In this document: positions 27,149 to 36,979 of the stretch, in pieces | Layout: every line of letters begins with the position of its first letter | Position numbering within the stretch: position 1 is the first letter of the stretch | Source: a virus | Taxonomy: Duplodnaviria > Caudoviricetes | IMG/VR virus record: IMGVR_UViG_3300047557_000938 | Span: 1-53,480 of that record | DNA: 53,480 bases | Reading direction: 5' to 3' (one strand) | The notes under the pieces: generated by a model | What the model was told of the DNA's origin: nothing | Databases searched by the model: none | What the model saw: only the letters and a program-made list of their open reading frames with translations | Made by a program: the position numbers and the translations under genes

Positions 27149-27697
27149 ATGTCGGACTATGAAGTGACAGACGAGTTCAGGGCCGACACCTTGGAGAAGG
27201 CTAGTTGGGCGATGCGTAAGTATCGACGGCTGGCCCAGAAGAAGGCTCAGTACGAGAGTCTGGCGGCTGCGGAGCGAGTGAGGATTGACTCGTGGCTGGA
27301 ACGCATGATCGCGAGCGTGGAGTCTCAGATGGAGTTCTTTGGGGCTCACTTGGAGGCTTACGCCATGAGCCAGCGAGCGCAGGGAAACAAGAGTGTGGAA
27401 CTGCCGGATGGGACTATCAAGACTCGAGCCACGGGCGCGACGTTCGATGTAGACAAAACTGTGTTTTTGGAATGGGCTCAGGAGCAGAAGAGGGACGACC
27501 TCATGCGGGTGTCGTTCGCACCTGACATGACCGCTATCAAGACAGCGGTGCTTGTCGATGAAGGGATAGTGGTTGATCCTGCCTCCGGCGAGGTCGTTCC
27601 AGGGCTCTCGCCTGTGCCAGAGAAAGTGACCGTGAGCATCGCGCCCGACCTGGATGCGATAGATCTAGAGGGAATCGAGGGAATCGAAGATGAGTGA
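27149..27697 (+). CDS. gam: Mu Gam-like host-nuclease inhibitor
   Basis: ASWAMRK coiled coil, KSVELPDGTIKTR, GEVVPG motifs. Confidence 0.7.
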   Translation: MSDYEVTDEFRADTLEKASWAMRKYRRLAQKKAQYESLAAAERVRIDSWLERMIASVESQMEFFGAHLEAYAMSQRAQGNKSVELPDGTIKTRATGATFDVDKTVFLEWAQEQKRDDLMRVSFAPDMTAIKTAVLVDEGIVVDPASGEVVPGLSPVPEKVTVSIAPDLDAIDLEGIEGIEDE

Positions 27698-28340
27698 TAA
27701 GCCGCCTGTTCATGAGGCTCTCGCGTCGGTGATGGCTGACGTGAAGGCTGTTCGTAAGGAGGAACGCAACCAGGCTCAAGGGTTCAACTTTCGCGGCATC
27801 GACGCGGTGTTGAACGCTGTTGGGCCAGCGTTGAGGGCTCACGGAGTGATCGTGCTGCCGACGGTGTTGAAGCACACCTACGGGACGGTGACTTCAACGA
27901 AGGGCACCGTTATGGGTCATGTGATTGTGAAGGTGCGCTACGAGTTCATCGGGCCAGCCGGGGACTCCATCACTTGTACGACTGTGGGTGAGTCGATGGA
28001 TACGGGCGACAAGGCGACGTCGAAGGCTATGTCCGTCGCTCTCCGCACGGCCCTATTGCAGTCGTTGGCTCTGCCCACGGACGAGCCTGATCCCGATCTG
28101 GATGTGTACGAGAGGCAGACACCGACCGTGGTGAGCAAGCCGGGTAGGAAGAAGACCTACGCTGATTCGGCTAAGGTGCCGGAGTTGGTGGAGTCTTTCA
28201 CCGGGGTTGAGACGGAGCGAGACTTGGCTGACGTGGCGCAGCAGATTCCGCACCTTGATCTCTCTGATGCCGAGAAGGAACTTCTTCGGAATTCCTACAT
28301 GGCTGCGAAACAAAGATTAGAGGCAAGTGTCGGGGTGTAA
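27690..28340 (+). CDS. erf: ERF-family ssDNA annealing protein
   Basis: FNFRGIDAV, GESMDTGDKATSKAMSVA.R...LPTDE.DPD. Confidence 0.85.
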   Translation: MSDKPPVHEALASVMADVKAVRKEERNQAQGFNFRGIDAVLNAVGPALRAHGVIVLPTVLKHTYGTVTSTKGTVMGHVIVKVRYEFIGPAGDSITCTTVGESMDTGDKATSKAMSVALRTALLQSLALPTDEPDPDLDVYERQTPTVVSKPGRKKTYADSAKVPELVESFTGVETERDLADVAQQIPHLDLSDAEKELLRNSYMAAKQRLEASVGV

Positions 28341-28426
28341 CTGAGCACCTTGGTCTGATTGGTCGTGCGACGGCCCTAGGAGTTGTATGAGGCTCCTAGG
28401 GCTTCGCCATGAGGGAAGGGTCGAAC

Positions 28427-29164
28427 ATGAGTATCCAGAGAGTGCCTGAGGTTCCATTCGCGCAGATCGCGAACAGCGCACTACGAGACACCCGCCTGTC
28501 GTTCAAGGCTCGCGGTGTCCTTGCGCTCGTTCTGTCGAACGTGGGTGAGTGGGAGGCGACCCGAACGTGGCTCATGAGCCAGTCGGAGAAGGATGGTCGC
28601 CACGCCATACAAGAAGCCTTGAATGAACTAACCGCCCTGGGTTACAGGCGAGTAGAGAAAGTGCTGATAAACGGCTCCATCACCTCTGTCGTCGAGTGGA
28701 GGCATGAACCATCGGAGCCGATTTCTCGACGGACAGGAAACCTGACGGTCGGGAAACCTGACGGTCAGGAAACCGGGCCGCTAATAGAACACCATCTTCC
28801 AGAACACCATCAACCGAATACCACTAGAGAGATCGTTCTCAAGCCTGTGGATGTTGTCGCGCTTGAAGGCTTTCTTGAGTTTTGGAGGACATATCCACGC
28901 AAAGAGGGCAAAGGCCACGCACGGCAAGCCTGGATGAAAGCCATACGGAAGCAAGACCCCACCGTTATCATTGAGGGGGCGGCGCGTTACCGCGACGACT
29001 TGAATCGGGTGAAGGAGTTCACGGCGATGCCCGCTACATGGCTAAACGGGGAGAGGTGGGAAGACGAGCCGTTGCCTGGGCGCGTTGAAGACCGACGGCT
29101 GGACGAGGCGCAGCAGATGATCGCTCGAGCGGCGGCGAGGGACGCCGACAGAGAGGGGTTCTAG
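28427..29164 (+). CDS. Replication initiator (lambda O-like organisation)
   Basis: N-terminal wHTH (DTRLSFKARG), repeat-containing linker, C-terminal FWRTYPRKEGK...PATWLNGERWED. Confidence 0.8.
   Translation: MSIQRVPEVPFAQIANSALRDTRLSFKARGVLALVLSNVGEWEATRTWLMSQSEKDGRHAIQEALNELTALGYRRVEKVLINGSITSVVEWRHEPSEPISRRTGNLTVGKPDGQETGPLIEHHLPEHHQPNTTREIVLKPVDVVALEGFLEFWRTYPRKEGKGHARQAWMKAIRKQDPTVIIEGAARYRDDLNRVKEFTAMPATWLNGERWEDEPLPGRVEDRRLDEAQQMIARAAARDADREGF
28728..28825 (+). repeat. Probable replication origin iterons inside the initiator gene
   Basis: 3 x 16-bp GACGGWCRGGAAACCK (28728-28775) then AGAACACCATC repeats at 15-bp spacing. Confidence 0.65.
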
Positions 29165-29166
29165 TC

Positions 29167-29490
29167 ATGAAGGAAGCCGACGTTGCAACGCTTCTTGCGC
29201 TGGCGAATGGGCATGATCAACGGCACGGCATGAGCGATGTGAAGGTGCGAGCCTGGTTTGTCCTGTTCGAGCAGGAGGCCGCCGACATGGAACCCGTGTG
29301 GGCCCAGAAGAAGATCAACGAGCACTACGCCCGCACCACAGACATGCTCATGCCCGCGCATCTGGTCACCGCATGGAAACAGCACAAGCGATACGAACGG
29401 AATCGTTTGAGTGTCACGGCTGGACGAGGTGTGCCGATGCCGGACTATGTGAAGGCTGAGATGCAGCGCCTACTATCTAGGCGTGATTGA
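29167..29490 (+). CDS. Putative helicase loader/inhibitor
   Basis: Position after initiator; helical VRAW...EHY...MPAHL pattern. Confidence 0.5.
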   Translation: MKEADVATLLALANGHDQRHGMSDVKVRAWFVLFEQEAADMEPVWAQKKINEHYARTTDMLMPAHLVTAWKQHKRYERNRLSVTAGRGVPMPDYVKAEMQRLLSRRD

Positions 29491-29672
29491 ATGCGGTTCC
29501 TGCGGTGAACCTTTCTCGCCTGTTGCGAGCAGATGGTTGTGCCCTAACTGCGGCTACAAGGAGTCCTGTTGTGAGGGTGAACCCTTGTGAGCACCTGGCG
29601 ATGCTCCGTGTGTGGAGCGACAGGTGATGGTGGAGTGAAAGCCTTCTACGCCCACTACAACAAGGCACACTC

Positions 29673-30011
29673 GTGAAGATGCCACCGAAGACCGCCGAAC
29701 TCGTCAAAGCCCGAGCAGGCGGTCGTTGCGAACTATGTAACACCAGCACCTCGTATCGGTGGAGCATCCATCACCGCAAGCCACGCGGCATGGGTGGCAG
29801 CAAAGACCCCGCGATCCACAGCCCCGCCAACTTGATCTACTTGTGCGGCTCCGGCACCGAAGGCTGCCACGGCAAAGTCGAGTCGAATCGCGCCGAAGCG
29901 TTGGAGTTTGGGCTACTGATCTACCGCAACGACGACCCTACATTGACACCTGTGAGCCTATGGCGCGGCACAGTTCTGTTGGATGACGAGGGCGGCTGGC
30001 AAACCTGTTAG
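29673..30011 (+). CDS. HNH-like endonuclease
   Basis: GRCELC, HHRKPRGMGG, NLIYLC..GCHG. Confidence 0.75.
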   Translation: MKMPPKTAELVKARAGGRCELCNTSTSYRWSIHHRKPRGMGGSKDPAIHSPANLIYLCGSGTEGCHGKVESNRAEALEFGLLIYRNDDPTLTPVSLWRGTVLLDDEGGWQTC

Positions 30012-30021
30012 GGTGTGAAGT

Positions 30022-30384
30022 GTGCACTTCATCCTGTCCTATCCACACAAGCCCCTAACAACCAACGCGGAGCGGGCAGGCAACCGATGGAAGCGCGCAG
30101 ACCACACAAAGGAATGGCGGCAAGCCTTCTATTGGCTGGCTAAGAAAGAACACATACCACCTATGAAGTGGATCAACGTGATCGTTCAACCATTCCAAGC
30201 CAAAGGAAGATTACAAGACACAGCCGCATGCAACCCGTCCGTGAAAGCCGCAATCGACGGACTCGTCGATGCCTCCGTCGTGCCCGACGACACTGGCGAG
30301 TTTGTTCGACAGATAACCTTCCTGCCCTGCGTGAGAGGGGAAGACATGCTGACGCTCATTATTCAAGGAGAACGAAATGCCTAG
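30022..30384 (+). CDS. RusA-like Holliday junction resolvase
   Basis: QD...PSVKAAIDGLVDASVVPDD. Confidence 0.75.
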   Translation: MHFILSYPHKPLTTNAERAGNRWKRADHTKEWRQAFYWLAKKEHIPPMKWINVIVQPFQAKGRLQDTAACNPSVKAAIDGLVDASVVPDDTGEFVRQITFLPCVRGEDMLTLIIQGERNA

Positions 30385-30610
30385 ACCGTTGAGGGTGCCA
30401 AACGAGTACGAGCGTGCTCAGTTAGACATCGTGAAGGACATAAACGAAACAATCATAAAGAACATTGAACGGAATAAGGCTCTCTCCAAGGATCGCCGCG
30501 AGCGAGTCCTCTCCCTCCTGGCTGAAGGCTGGTCGATGTACGGCATCGCTCTAGAAACAGGCATCACCCCCAACACCGTGAAGAGAATCGTGGAGTCCAA
30601 GCATGAGTGA
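30377..30610 (+). CDS. Small HTH protein
   Basis: GWSMYGIALETGITPNTVKRI. Confidence 0.7.
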   Translation: MPRPLRVPNEYERAQLDIVKDINETIIKNIERNKALSKDRRERVLSLLAEGWSMYGIALETGITPNTVKRIVESKHE

Positions 30611-31412
30611 CGCACTCGAGATTGAAATGATCCCATTGAAAGACGTTCGACTGGACCCGAAGAATGCACGCTCCCACTCCGAGCGAAACCTAGAGGCGAT
30701 AATGGAGTCGCTGCGCCAGTTCGGTCAGCGCAAGCCCATCGTGGTCACTCACGACGGGATGGTCGTCGCCGGCAACGGGACCGTGGAAGCGGCACAAAAT
30801 CTAGGCTGGACTCAAATCTCCGCCACGCGTATCCCCGACGACTGGTCGCGGCAGCAGATCACCGCCTACGCGATTGCAGACAATCGAACTGCTGAACTCG
30901 CATCATGGGACTCCGAGATCCTCGTTCCAGCACTCGCCGAACTTGAAGCGGCTGGAATGTTGGAGTGGACAGGCTTCACTCAATACGAGTTGCAGAACTG
31001 GGACTCGCTGGCTCTGCGAGGAGGCCTGCCAGGTGGCGACTCCAGGTTAGACAACGACGAAGAGATTGACCCTGACGAGGAGCAAGGATCACTACTCGCA
31101 CTTGCGGATGTGACAGTTGCAGAGCCGAAACATGAAGTAGCGCAGCATGACATATTCATGCTCACTATGCCGAAGCATGATGTGACGCATGTCTTGATCG
31201 TTGCAAACGTGATGAAGGAATGGACCCTCTGGGCTGACTACTTACAAGGCGAAGCGATCTTCGTTCCCTTCCCTGATCCATTCATCACTGGAACGGACGT
31301 GGCTCGCAAACAGCCTCTTGTTTTAGTGCAACCCGATTACTACATGGCGGGTCATGTCCTCGACAAGCACGCCGCCTTCTATGGTGAAGAGCACGTAACG
31401 AGGATGCCGTGA
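30603..31412 (+). CDS. ParB/Srx-like N-terminal domain protein heading the DNA-modification operon
   Basis: PKNARSH, FGQRKPIVV, AGNG..EAA, IADNRTAELASWD. Confidence 0.8.
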   Translation: MSDALEIEMIPLKDVRLDPKNARSHSERNLEAIMESLRQFGQRKPIVVTHDGMVVAGNGTVEAAQNLGWTQISATRIPDDWSRQQITAYAIADNRTAELASWDSEILVPALAELEAAGMLEWTGFTQYELQNWDSLALRGGLPGGDSRLDNDEEIDPDEEQGSLLALADVTVAEPKHEVAQHDIFMLTMPKHDVTHVLIVANVMKEWTLWADYLQGEAIFVPFPDPFITGTDVARKQPLVLVQPDYYMAGHVLDKHAAFYGEEHVTRMP

Positions 31413-32308
31413 AGAAGAAGAACACAGGAGGCGGGACGTTCGACAAGAACGAGCAACCCGTCTACTTCATCGCGTCCGGCCCCACGCAACTAGAGATCGC
31501 GCAAGAGATCACCGACCATCTGCTTGTTGCCGTAAACGAGTTGGAATCCCCAAAAGCAATCGAACAGTTCGACAAGATGCTCGACACGGGAGCAAAGGTG
31601 TTTCTGGACTCCGGCATCTTCAACTTGACCAACAGGCACATGCGTGCCCACGGCATCACCATGGACGAAGCCCTAGCACTCGCGCCAGACGAGATTGACG
31701 GCTTCGACAAACTGTGGGACAACTACTGCGAGATTGTGACCCGATTCGCCAATCGCGTGTGGGGCTTCATCGAACTTGACCAAGGTGGAGCGATCAACAA
31801 ACGCAAGACTCGAGCGCGTATCGAAAAAGAAACAGGGTTGATTCCTGTTCCCGTCTATCATCCACTCAACGACGGCTGGGACTACTTCAATGAACTCGCA
31901 AAAGAATATGATCGGATCTGTTGCGGCAACGTCGTGCAGGCGAATCAAGCCACACGCAAGCGGTTGATTACAACCTTGTATGAACGGCAAAGACAGGATC
32001 ATCCCGATACTTGGATTCATTTCTTGGGCTTCACTCCGAACGAGTGGGTTCATGCGGCGCCGTTCTACGGCTCTTGCGACTCGTCCTCCTGGCTCGTGAA
32101 TGTCCGATGGTCCAGGGCGCATCGAAGTCAAGGAGCGTGCAAGCGGGTCGGTGGGTTCGTGTACGGCATGAGATACAAGTACGGCAGCGACTACACGGAC
32201 GACAACGGTTACGAGAGGGCTATCCGTTTCGCGGGAGCGCAAGGCGGCTGGTTCTTGGAGAAGTCTTGGAAGGCATACATGAACGAGAGGGAAGAGGTGT
32301 TCGGATGA
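31409..32308 (+). CDS. dpdA: DpdA-like DNA guanine transglycosylase (TGT fold)
   Basis: FLDSG.F, ELD, PVYH, IHFLG, CDSSSW motifs; coupled to Que genes. Confidence 0.7.
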   Translation: MKKKNTGGGTFDKNEQPVYFIASGPTQLEIAQEITDHLLVAVNELESPKAIEQFDKMLDTGAKVFLDSGIFNLTNRHMRAHGITMDEALALAPDEIDGFDKLWDNYCEIVTRFANRVWGFIELDQGGAINKRKTRARIEKETGLIPVPVYHPLNDGWDYFNELAKEYDRICCGNVVQANQATRKRLITTLYERQRQDHPDTWIHFLGFTPNEWVHAAPFYGSCDSSSWLVNVRWSRAHRSQGACKRVGGFVYGMRYKYGSDYTDDNGYERAIRFAGAQGGWFLEKSWKAYMNEREEVFG

Positions 32309-32649
32309 CGGAAGTGTGGTGCACCTTCGAGAAGGTCGGGTTCCATCATTGGCCCGACGCGGCGGACATTCTTCCCCGTCGAGCGTATCTGTCGGATCGT
32401 CACAGGCATCTGTTCAAGATGCGGATCACCGTGCCCGTACTGCACGACGACCGCGACATTGAGTTTCATGAACTGCGCGACTACGCCGAGGAGTGGTGGC
32501 CCGAAGGCGGCGAGATGGGTTCCATGAGTTGCGAGGCAATAGCGCAATCGCTCGGGGCTCACATCATGGACGGGTTCCACATTCCGTGGGTTGAAGTTGA
32601 AGTGTCAGAAGACGGCGAGTGTGGAGCAAGCGTTAGGATGGAAACATGA
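32305..32649 (+). CDS. dpdL: QueD-like T-fold protein, predicted CDG decarboxylase (DpdL-like)
   Basis: GFHHWP, LSDRHRHLF (LxxxHRHxF), DRDIEF, SCE, VSEDGE.G; ATGA overlap start. Confidence 0.7.
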   Translation: MTEVWCTFEKVGFHHWPDAADILPRRAYLSDRHRHLFKMRITVPVLHDDRDIEFHELRDYAEEWWPEGGEMGSMSCEAIAQSLGAHIMDGFHIPWVEVEVSEDGECGASVRMET

Positions 32650-33014
32650 CGTTCAGGATCAGTAAAGAGTTCTCATTCTCGTCATCGCATCAACTCCACG
32701 GGCTTAGAGAAGGCCACCCATGCGGTCGCGTTCACGGTCACAACTACGTCGTGAAGGTCACCCTGTCGGGTGAGAAGTTGAACGGCAGCGGGTTCCTGTT
32801 GGACTACAACGACTTGAAGCCTTTCGGTCACTGGCTGGACGACGAGTTGGATCATCGCCACTTGAACGACGTTCTCAACTTTCAACCCTCAGCCGAGAAC
32901 ATGGCGCAATACTTCGCCTTCATGGTGGAGAACACGGTGAACGTTCCCGAGGGAGTGAACATCAGCGTGTCCGTGTCGGAGACTCCTAAGACCTGGGCGA
33001 CCTGGGAGAACTGA
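32646..33014 (+). CDS. queD: 6-carboxy-5,6,7,8-tetrahydropterin synthase
   Basis: CGRVHGHNY, LDHRHLND, PSAEN, VSETP. Confidence 0.92.
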   Translation: MTFRISKEFSFSSSHQLHGLREGHPCGRVHGHNYVVKVTLSGEKLNGSGFLLDYNDLKPFGHWLDDELDHRHLNDVLNFQPSAENMAQYFAFMVENTVNVPEGVNISVSVSETPKTWATWEN

Positions 33015-33736
33015 TGAACATGGCGGAAGAGATCGCCGAACTGAAACTCGTTCTAGATGTGAATGAGATATTCGGCCCCACCGTACAAGGCGAAGGCCCA
33101 TCGACGGGTGTTCGCTGCGCGTTCCTTCGACTGTCCGGCTGCAACCTCACTTGCGTATGGTGCGACACCCCGTACACGTGGGACTGGAAAGGTCAAAACG
33201 GCACGCCGTACTCCAAGGAAGCCGAAACGCACCCCATGTCGGTCCACGACGTATGGTTTCAACTAACCGGCTACGGTGTTCCCTTGTATGTCATCTCGGG
33301 CGGTGAACCCATGATGCAGCAGGAGGCTCTAGGAGCGTTGATCCCCCGACTCATGGCTGGCGGCAAACAAGTCGAGGTGGAAACGAATGGAACAATCAAG
33401 CCGAAGATCGAGCCCACCCGATTCAACGTGTCACCGAAACTCACTCACTCGGGAGTGCGCGAGAAGATCAGATTCAAGCCCGAAACGTTGAACGCCTACG
33501 TCGGTCGCTCCATTTTCAAGTTTGTGTGTCAGACAGTGAAAGACCTGGACGAAGTGATGTTCATGGCAGCCGAAGCCGACATACCCGACAGCGCGATTTG
33601 GATCATGCCCGAAGGACGCGACCCCGTAACACTCATGTCTCACGCCGAGGCGATCACGGACGAAGCGATCGCTCGAGGCTGGAACATCACAGGCCGACTT
33701 CACGTGATGACGTGGGGCGCAAGGAGAGGTGTATGA
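33014..33736 (+). CDS. queE: 7-carboxy-7-deazaguanine synthase (radical SAM)
   Basis: [34 protein letters not shown]. Confidence 0.93.
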   Translation: MNMAEEIAELKLVLDVNEIFGPTVQGEGPSTGVRCAFLRLSGCNLTCVWCDTPYTWDWKGQNGTPYSKEAETHPMSVHDVWFQLTGYGVPLYVISGGEPMMQQEALGALIPRLMAGGKQVEVETNGTIKPKIEPTRFNVSPKLTHSGVREKIRFKPETLNAYVGRSIFKFVCQTVKDLDEVMFMAAEADIPDSAIWIMPEGRDPVTLMSHAEAITDEAIARGWNITGRLHVMTWGARRGV

Positions 33737-34605
33737 AACTCACATGGCAAGACATTGAGATCGAAGCCCGCAATCTGGCGAAGCGCTGGGCGGGTCGCTC
33801 CTTCTCAGGTGTCTACGGCGTGCCGCAAGGTGGAGTGCCCGTCGCGTTGATCGTGTCGGACCTTCTTGATCTGCCTATTCTTGACGAGCCAGACATTCAC
33901 GCCTTGATCGTGGATGATCTAGTGGACTCAGGTCGCACCCTCTCTAGATACAACCAGGCGTGCGACGCCCTGTATCGGAAGCCCCATTCACCGAATCATC
34001 TCGCTGTTGGAGCGACCGAGGTGGACGAGTGGTTGATCTTCCCGTGGGAGAAAGACGACGGCGATCCGAACGAGATCGTTGTGCGGCTCCTGGAGTACGT
34101 GGGTGAAGACCCGACTCGGGAAGGACTCTTGGACACACCGAAGCGAGTGTTGAAGGCGTTCCGTGAAATGACAGAGGGGTACAAGAAAGACCCCGGCGAG
34201 ATTCTCTCCACTGTGTTCAACGAGGACTTCGATCAGATGGTGTGCCTTCACAACATCGAGTTCGTGTCCATGTGCGAGCACCACTTGCAGCCGTTCCGTG
34301 GAACAGCCGCCGTCGGCTACATACCCAACGGGCAGGTCGTGGGTCTATCCAAGTTGGCTCGCCTCGTAGACGCCTACGCTCGCCGCCTTCAAGTGCAGGA
34401 ACGCATGACGGAGCAGATCGCTGCTGCAATGAACGAGCATCTTGCGCCCGCAGGAGTCGCCGTCTACATTGAAGCGCATCACTCCTGCATGGGTAACCGT
34501 GGTGTTCGCAAGCATGAAGGCCGCATGGTTACACAGAAACTGACGGGGCTCATGAAGGATGATGCCGCCGCACGCGCCGAGTTCATGGGGCTAGTTCAGA
34601 AATAG
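33733..34605 (+). CDS. folE: Phosphoribosyltransferase-GTP cyclohydrolase I fusion
   Basis: N-term [25 protein letters not shown] (Gpt-like); C-term [33 protein letters not shown]. Confidence 0.9.
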   Translation: MKLTWQDIEIEARNLAKRWAGRSFSGVYGVPQGGVPVALIVSDLLDLPILDEPDIHALIVDDLVDSGRTLSRYNQACDALYRKPHSPNHLAVGATEVDEWLIFPWEKDDGDPNEIVVRLLEYVGEDPTREGLLDTPKRVLKAFREMTEGYKKDPGEILSTVFNEDFDQMVCLHNIEFVSMCEHHLQPFRGTAAVGYIPNGQVVGLSKLARLVDAYARRLQVQERMTEQIAAAMNEHLAPAGVAVYIEAHHSCMGNRGVRKHEGRMVTQKLTGLMKDDAAARAEFMGLVQK

Positions 34606-34613
34606 GAGCATAG

Positions 34614-35084
34614 ATGACTGGCAAGAAGCCAGGGCGCAAGCCGCCGAAGGTCACAGATCAAAAGGTTCAAGACTTGATCAAAGCCTTGGAGTACGGCAAC
34701 TACATGGACGTGGCGTGCAAGATCGCTGGCGTCGGTGTGACGAGCGTGTATCGCTGGCTGAATGAAGGCGCGGAAGAAGCCAACAGGATCGCCGCAGGAC
34801 TGGAACCCGACTCCGATCGCGCCACATACATCGAGGTCATGCAGGCTATCGAGAAGGCTCGGAGCGAGGCCGAGGCTAGAAACGTGGCAATCATTCAACG
34901 CACCGCGCAGGAAGGCACATGGCAGGCGGCTGCCTGGTGGTTGGAGCGCACGCGACCCAACAAGTGGGGCCGTTATGTGCGCACGGAGGCTACGGCTCCC
35001 GAGGACACTAGCGTTGAGATGACAGTGAACGACGACGATTTGGAGTCCCTCGTGAATCGCATCCTGGGCGATGACTCTGATTGA
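34614..35084 (+). CDS. terS: Terminase small subunit
   Basis: HTH (ACKIAGV..TSVYRW), WQAAAWWLER; directly before TerL. Confidence 0.8.
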   Translation: MTGKKPGRKPPKVTDQKVQDLIKALEYGNYMDVACKIAGVGVTSVYRWLNEGAEEANRIAAGLEPDSDRATYIEVMQAIEKARSEAEARNVAIIQRTAQEGTWQAAAWWLERTRPNKWGRYVRTEATAPEDTSVEMTVNDDDLESLVNRILGDDSD

Positions 35085-36618
35085 CCGTGTTCTCGCCGCT
35101 GACCCAACGAAGCGGAAGGAACTCTACGAGGCCCTAACGCCGCAACGAAAGCAAGAACTTGCCTCGCTCCTGCTTGCTCGAGCGGACGACCGATGGGCGC
35201 GATACGCGAACGATCCCGTGTCCTTCGTTACTGAGGGTCTTGGCGAACAAGTGTGGTCTAAGCAGATACAAATCTTGGAGTCTCTGCGGGATAACAAACG
35301 CACCGCTGTTCCTGCTTGCCACGCTCCAGGGAAGTCGCACATAGCGGCCCGTGCGATTGCTTGGTGGGTGACTGTTCACCCGCCTGAGACTGTCCGTGTG
35401 GTCACGACCGCTACAACCTTCCGGCAAGTGAAGGGCATCTTGTGGCCTCACATTCGACGGCTCCACGCTGCACATGACTTGCCCGGTGAAGTTCACACAA
35501 CGGAGTGGAAGATCGACGACATAATCATCGCCGATGGTTTCTCCCCTGCTGATCATAACGAGGCGGCTGTTCAAGGTATCCACGCAGAAAATCTGCTCAT
35601 TGTTGTGGACGAGGCGGGCGGTATCTCCGACACCATCGGTCAAGCATTAGAAGCACTCATGACAGGTAGACATACACGGCTTCTGCTGCTTGGTAACCCA
35701 CCTACTGATCGCATGGGTTCATGGTTCGAGCGCGCCTGTTCTTCTGGGCTCTACAACGTGATCTCTATTGCAGCCGAAAGCACACCGAACTTCACCGGGG
35801 AGAAGATTGGGCCGTGGTCACGAAACCTTGTTGATCAGACCTGGGTTGATGAAGTCACTCGCACATTCGGGGAGGACTCACCGTTCGTTCAAGCAAGAGT
35901 CCATGCACGATTCCCCAGAACCGTAGCCAACGCGGTGATACCCATCGACTGGATCGAACGCTCACAAGACCTGGAGAGTGAACCCGGTCCCGTGCGTCTA
36001 GGTGTGGACGTTGCCGCCGATGGTGGAGACGAGTTCGTGATCGCCGAGGTGGACGGCTGGACGGCACGGATCGTGCATGCGAGCAGACATAACGCAAGCC
36101 CTGTTGAGGTAGCGGGACGGGTACTAGAAGCAATCAAGAAGGCTGAAGCCAAGCACGCGACCCGAGGCATCAACCAGCCCGTGCGAGTCAAGATCGACTC
36201 GATAGGTGTCGGCTGGGGAGTGGCTGGTCTACTCGAAGAATGGGGCTTGGAAGGTAGACACAACAGTGAAGTGTGGGCTGTGAACGTAGCGCAGGCAGCC
36301 TATGATCGAGATCAGTTCGCCAATCAACGAGCCGAGATGTGGTGGACGGCTCGGGAACTTCTTCAACCCAACGAAGAGGGTGAGCAAGAACTTGCCCTTG
36401 AAGTGGATCATCAGACGGCGGCTCAACTCGCGGCGCCCTCATATCGGTCCAACAGCACAGGCCGGCTGCAGATCGAATCCAAGGACGAGATGCGGAAACG
36501 AGGTGTCGGCTCCCCCGACCGCGCCGAAGCCATTCTTCTAGCCTTGTTTGAGCCACCTAGACACGAGATTCCAGCCGTGGCTCCCCTGAGCATCACCGGG
36601 CAGAACTCGTGGATCTAG
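35071..36618 (+). CDS. terL: Terminase large subunit
   Basis: Walker A HAPGKS, Walker B IVVDEA, GNP, nuclease GVDVA and SPDRAEA. Confidence 0.93.
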   Translation: MTLIDRVLAADPTKRKELYEALTPQRKQELASLLLARADDRWARYANDPVSFVTEGLGEQVWSKQIQILESLRDNKRTAVPACHAPGKSHIAARAIAWWVTVHPPETVRVVTTATTFRQVKGILWPHIRRLHAAHDLPGEVHTTEWKIDDIIIADGFSPADHNEAAVQGIHAENLLIVVDEAGGISDTIGQALEALMTGRHTRLLLLGNPPTDRMGSWFERACSSGLYNVISIAAESTPNFTGEKIGPWSRNLVDQTWVDEVTRTFGEDSPFVQARVHARFPRTVANAVIPIDWIERSQDLESEPGPVRLGVDVAADGGDEFVIAEVDGWTARIVHASRHNASPVEVAGRVLEAIKKAEAKHATRGINQPVRVKIDSIGVGWGVAGLLEEWGLEGRHNSEVWAVNVAQAAYDRDQFANQRAEMWWTARELLQPNEEGEQELALEVDHQTAAQLAAPSYRSNSTGRLQIESKDEMRKRGVGSPDRAEAILLALFEPPRHEIPAVAPLSITGQNSWI

Positions 36619-36724
36619 GGCCCTCCTAGGGCTCCAGGGCGCGCCCTCTAGGGCTTGCTCAGCCCAGATTCTAGGGGGGCCAAATCGGGCAAAACGGACA
36701 TTCTGGGAACTTTGTGAAATGGGC

Positions 36725-36782
36725 TTGTCTGAGCCCGAGCCCTTCAAGACACTTGGGGTACGGCAGGGCGAGGGGCCCAGCC
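36725..36782 (+). promoter_or_regulatory. Island promoter P4 with GAGGG-loop hairpin
   Basis: TTGTCT-N17-GACACT; GGC.GGGC-GAGGG-GCCC.GCC; AAATCGGGCA and AAAACGGACA at 36682-36700. Confidence 0.65.
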
Positions 36783-36798
36783 AGAGGGGATAGGCAAC

Positions 36799-36978
36799 AT
36801 GAGCAAGTGGGTTGAAATCGCAGAGGGAGAGGTAGGCCTCTTCACCTCGACTGGCAAGTTCTTCATGCTGGGCGAGACTGAGTTGGTCAAAGTCCACGAG
36901 GTCAAAGGCGACGAGGTGTACGTCCTCAACGGGGACGTTGTCTTCAAGACCAATCAAGTGAAGTTCGTGGGAGCCTGA
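36799..36978 (+). CDS. Hypothetical protein (59 aa, not in ORF track)
   Basis: GAGGGG RBS; MSKWVEIAEGEV... Confidence 0.55.
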   Translation: MSKWVEIAEGEVGLFTSTGKFFMLGETELVKVHEVKGDEVYVLNGDVVFKTNQVKFVGA

Positions 36979-36979
36979 C

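Noticed and set aside
28328-28349. Second PafBC-type promoter (TGTCGG) upstream of the initiator
   Set aside because: No TAnnnT at the required 10-nt spacing
30603-31412. ParB as a plasmid-prophage partition system
   Set aside because: No ParA or repressor seen; this ParB-like type sits in a DNA-modification operon, so a temperate lifestyle is unsupported
32011-32304. Longer N-termini given by the ORF track for DpdL (32011) and PRTase-FolE (33526)
   Set aside because: They overlap upstream genes; ATGA-coupled starts with RBS at 32305 and 33733 fit better
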